Source: Lama glama (taxonomy: Eukaryota). From it: 64,000 nt of DNA. Shown here in pieces: positions 62,946 to 64,000 of the stretch. The notes beneath the pieces were generated by a model. That model was not told the DNA's origin. It searched no databases and saw only the letters and a program-made list of their open reading frames with translations. Location of the stretch: the NCBI GenBank assembly GCA_028534125.1, contig CM052817.1, positions 32,490,001 through 32,554,000 of the forward strand, read 5' to 3'. Position numbers and translations under genes: made by a program. Position 1 is the first letter of the stretch. Each line of letters starts with the position of its first letter.

Positions 62946-63714
62946 TGTTCTCCTCCTGGCTATGTCCCGGTTTTCTGTCTCCAATTTTTTTTCCAGTTTC
63001 TTGTGCCATATCTCAGGACTGGGATGTGAGGATGAGGTTCTTGAGGGGAGGGAAACAATGTGGGGCAGGTGAGAGGGGAGGGGCCAGATCTAGTACAAGG
63101 ATCTTTGTCAAACAGAATGGCCCAAAGGTTGGTACAGGTATGACTGACAAAAGAGAGCTGACCAGGTAGGCAAGTCCCATTAGGACTTAGCACCTTGAAG
63201 TCTTTTGGAAATAAGCCATGATGCCTCCCAGCTGTAAGAGGGGCAGATGAGGAGGAGGGAGCCGGGATCTGACTTGAGGCAAGGCTAGGAGGGGAACTCA
63301 GTAGATTAGTGGCTGAGCAAGTGGTGGATGGTGTCTAAGGACAAGGTAAGAAGTATTAAGATTTTGCGATGACCTACAGTAGGCTTCTAGGAAGAAATGG
63401 TGGGGTTCCAACAGAGGCTACATGGTGATGGAAAGTGGGCATCGTCTGGAAGGTTTTTCTAGGGCTGGGGTTCACGAGCAGAGCTCAGGCCCTTATGGTG
63501 AGTAGATGATAATAACAAAGTTACTCCTCCAGACTCATGACCCAAGTGTCCCTGCCTGAGTGCTGGGCTCTGAATACCTGTCCTTCCTGTGCCCACACAC
63601 CTGAGTCCCTGCCACTTAACCATCGCCTTTAATTCAGGAAACTCTTCCACTGTGTAGTCTTGCTGTTTGGGAGGTTTATTCACCACACGCTTTGATGAGC
63701 GATCAAATTCTCCA

Positions 63715-63930
63715 GTTTTGTAGTCCAGCAGGCCTGAATTTCAACACCGGCCACTGCCCTGCTATATAACAGAGCACTTCTCTCGTGCTCTTAAGCCTCA
63801 GTTTCCTGATCTATGAAATGGGTGTACTAGTAGCGCCTCTCTCTCAGCAGCAGCTGTGTGGATTCACTGAGACTTAGCACTGAACCTGCCACACAGTGAG
63901 TGCTCCTGGAGGGGCCAGCTATGATGATGG
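63715..63930 (+). mobile_element. MIR SINE
   Basis: ctcttaagcctcagtttcctgatctatgaaatggg...cacacagtgagtgctc. Confidence 0.8.
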
Positions 63931-64000
63931 TTATGAAGTGGACTTGCCAGCCCAGGCTACTTTTCACTGCTGAGTCATCAAGCTGGGTGGTTACCTCTTG

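Noticed and set aside
1..64000. CRISPR arrays, prokaryotic systems, non-retroviral viral inserts, or a named host gene
   Set aside because: No repeat-spacer arrays, operon-like ORFs or recognisable viral or host coding sequence seen; the locus cannot be identified without alignment

Overview
Mammalian genomic DNA, most likely camelid: two tRNA-Ala-derived SINEs of the camelid Vic-1 type sit alongside artiodactyl-type L1 3' ends. The window is intergenic or deep intronic. I could not support any protein-coding exon, RNA gene or named gene. Much of the sequence is recognisable interspersed repeat (L1, L2, MIR, MaLR/ERVL/ERV1 solo LTRs, hAT MITEs), plus microsatellites and a 500-N assembly gap. 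The ORF track is mostly chance ORFs or decayed L1 ORF2. I found no convincing new biological system. The best leads are: (1) a MER41-like solo LTR that keeps a tandem STAT/GAS module; (2) a ~1 kb segment bracketed by a local direct repeat and carrying a 255-codon ORF; (3) same-orientation CTCF-like motifs, one abutting a 185-bp pure-purine tract; (4) a three-layer TE nest; (5) several candidate promoter/enhancer blocks. Repeat subfamily names come from memory of consensus sequences, and boundaries are approximate unless a TSD is quoted.
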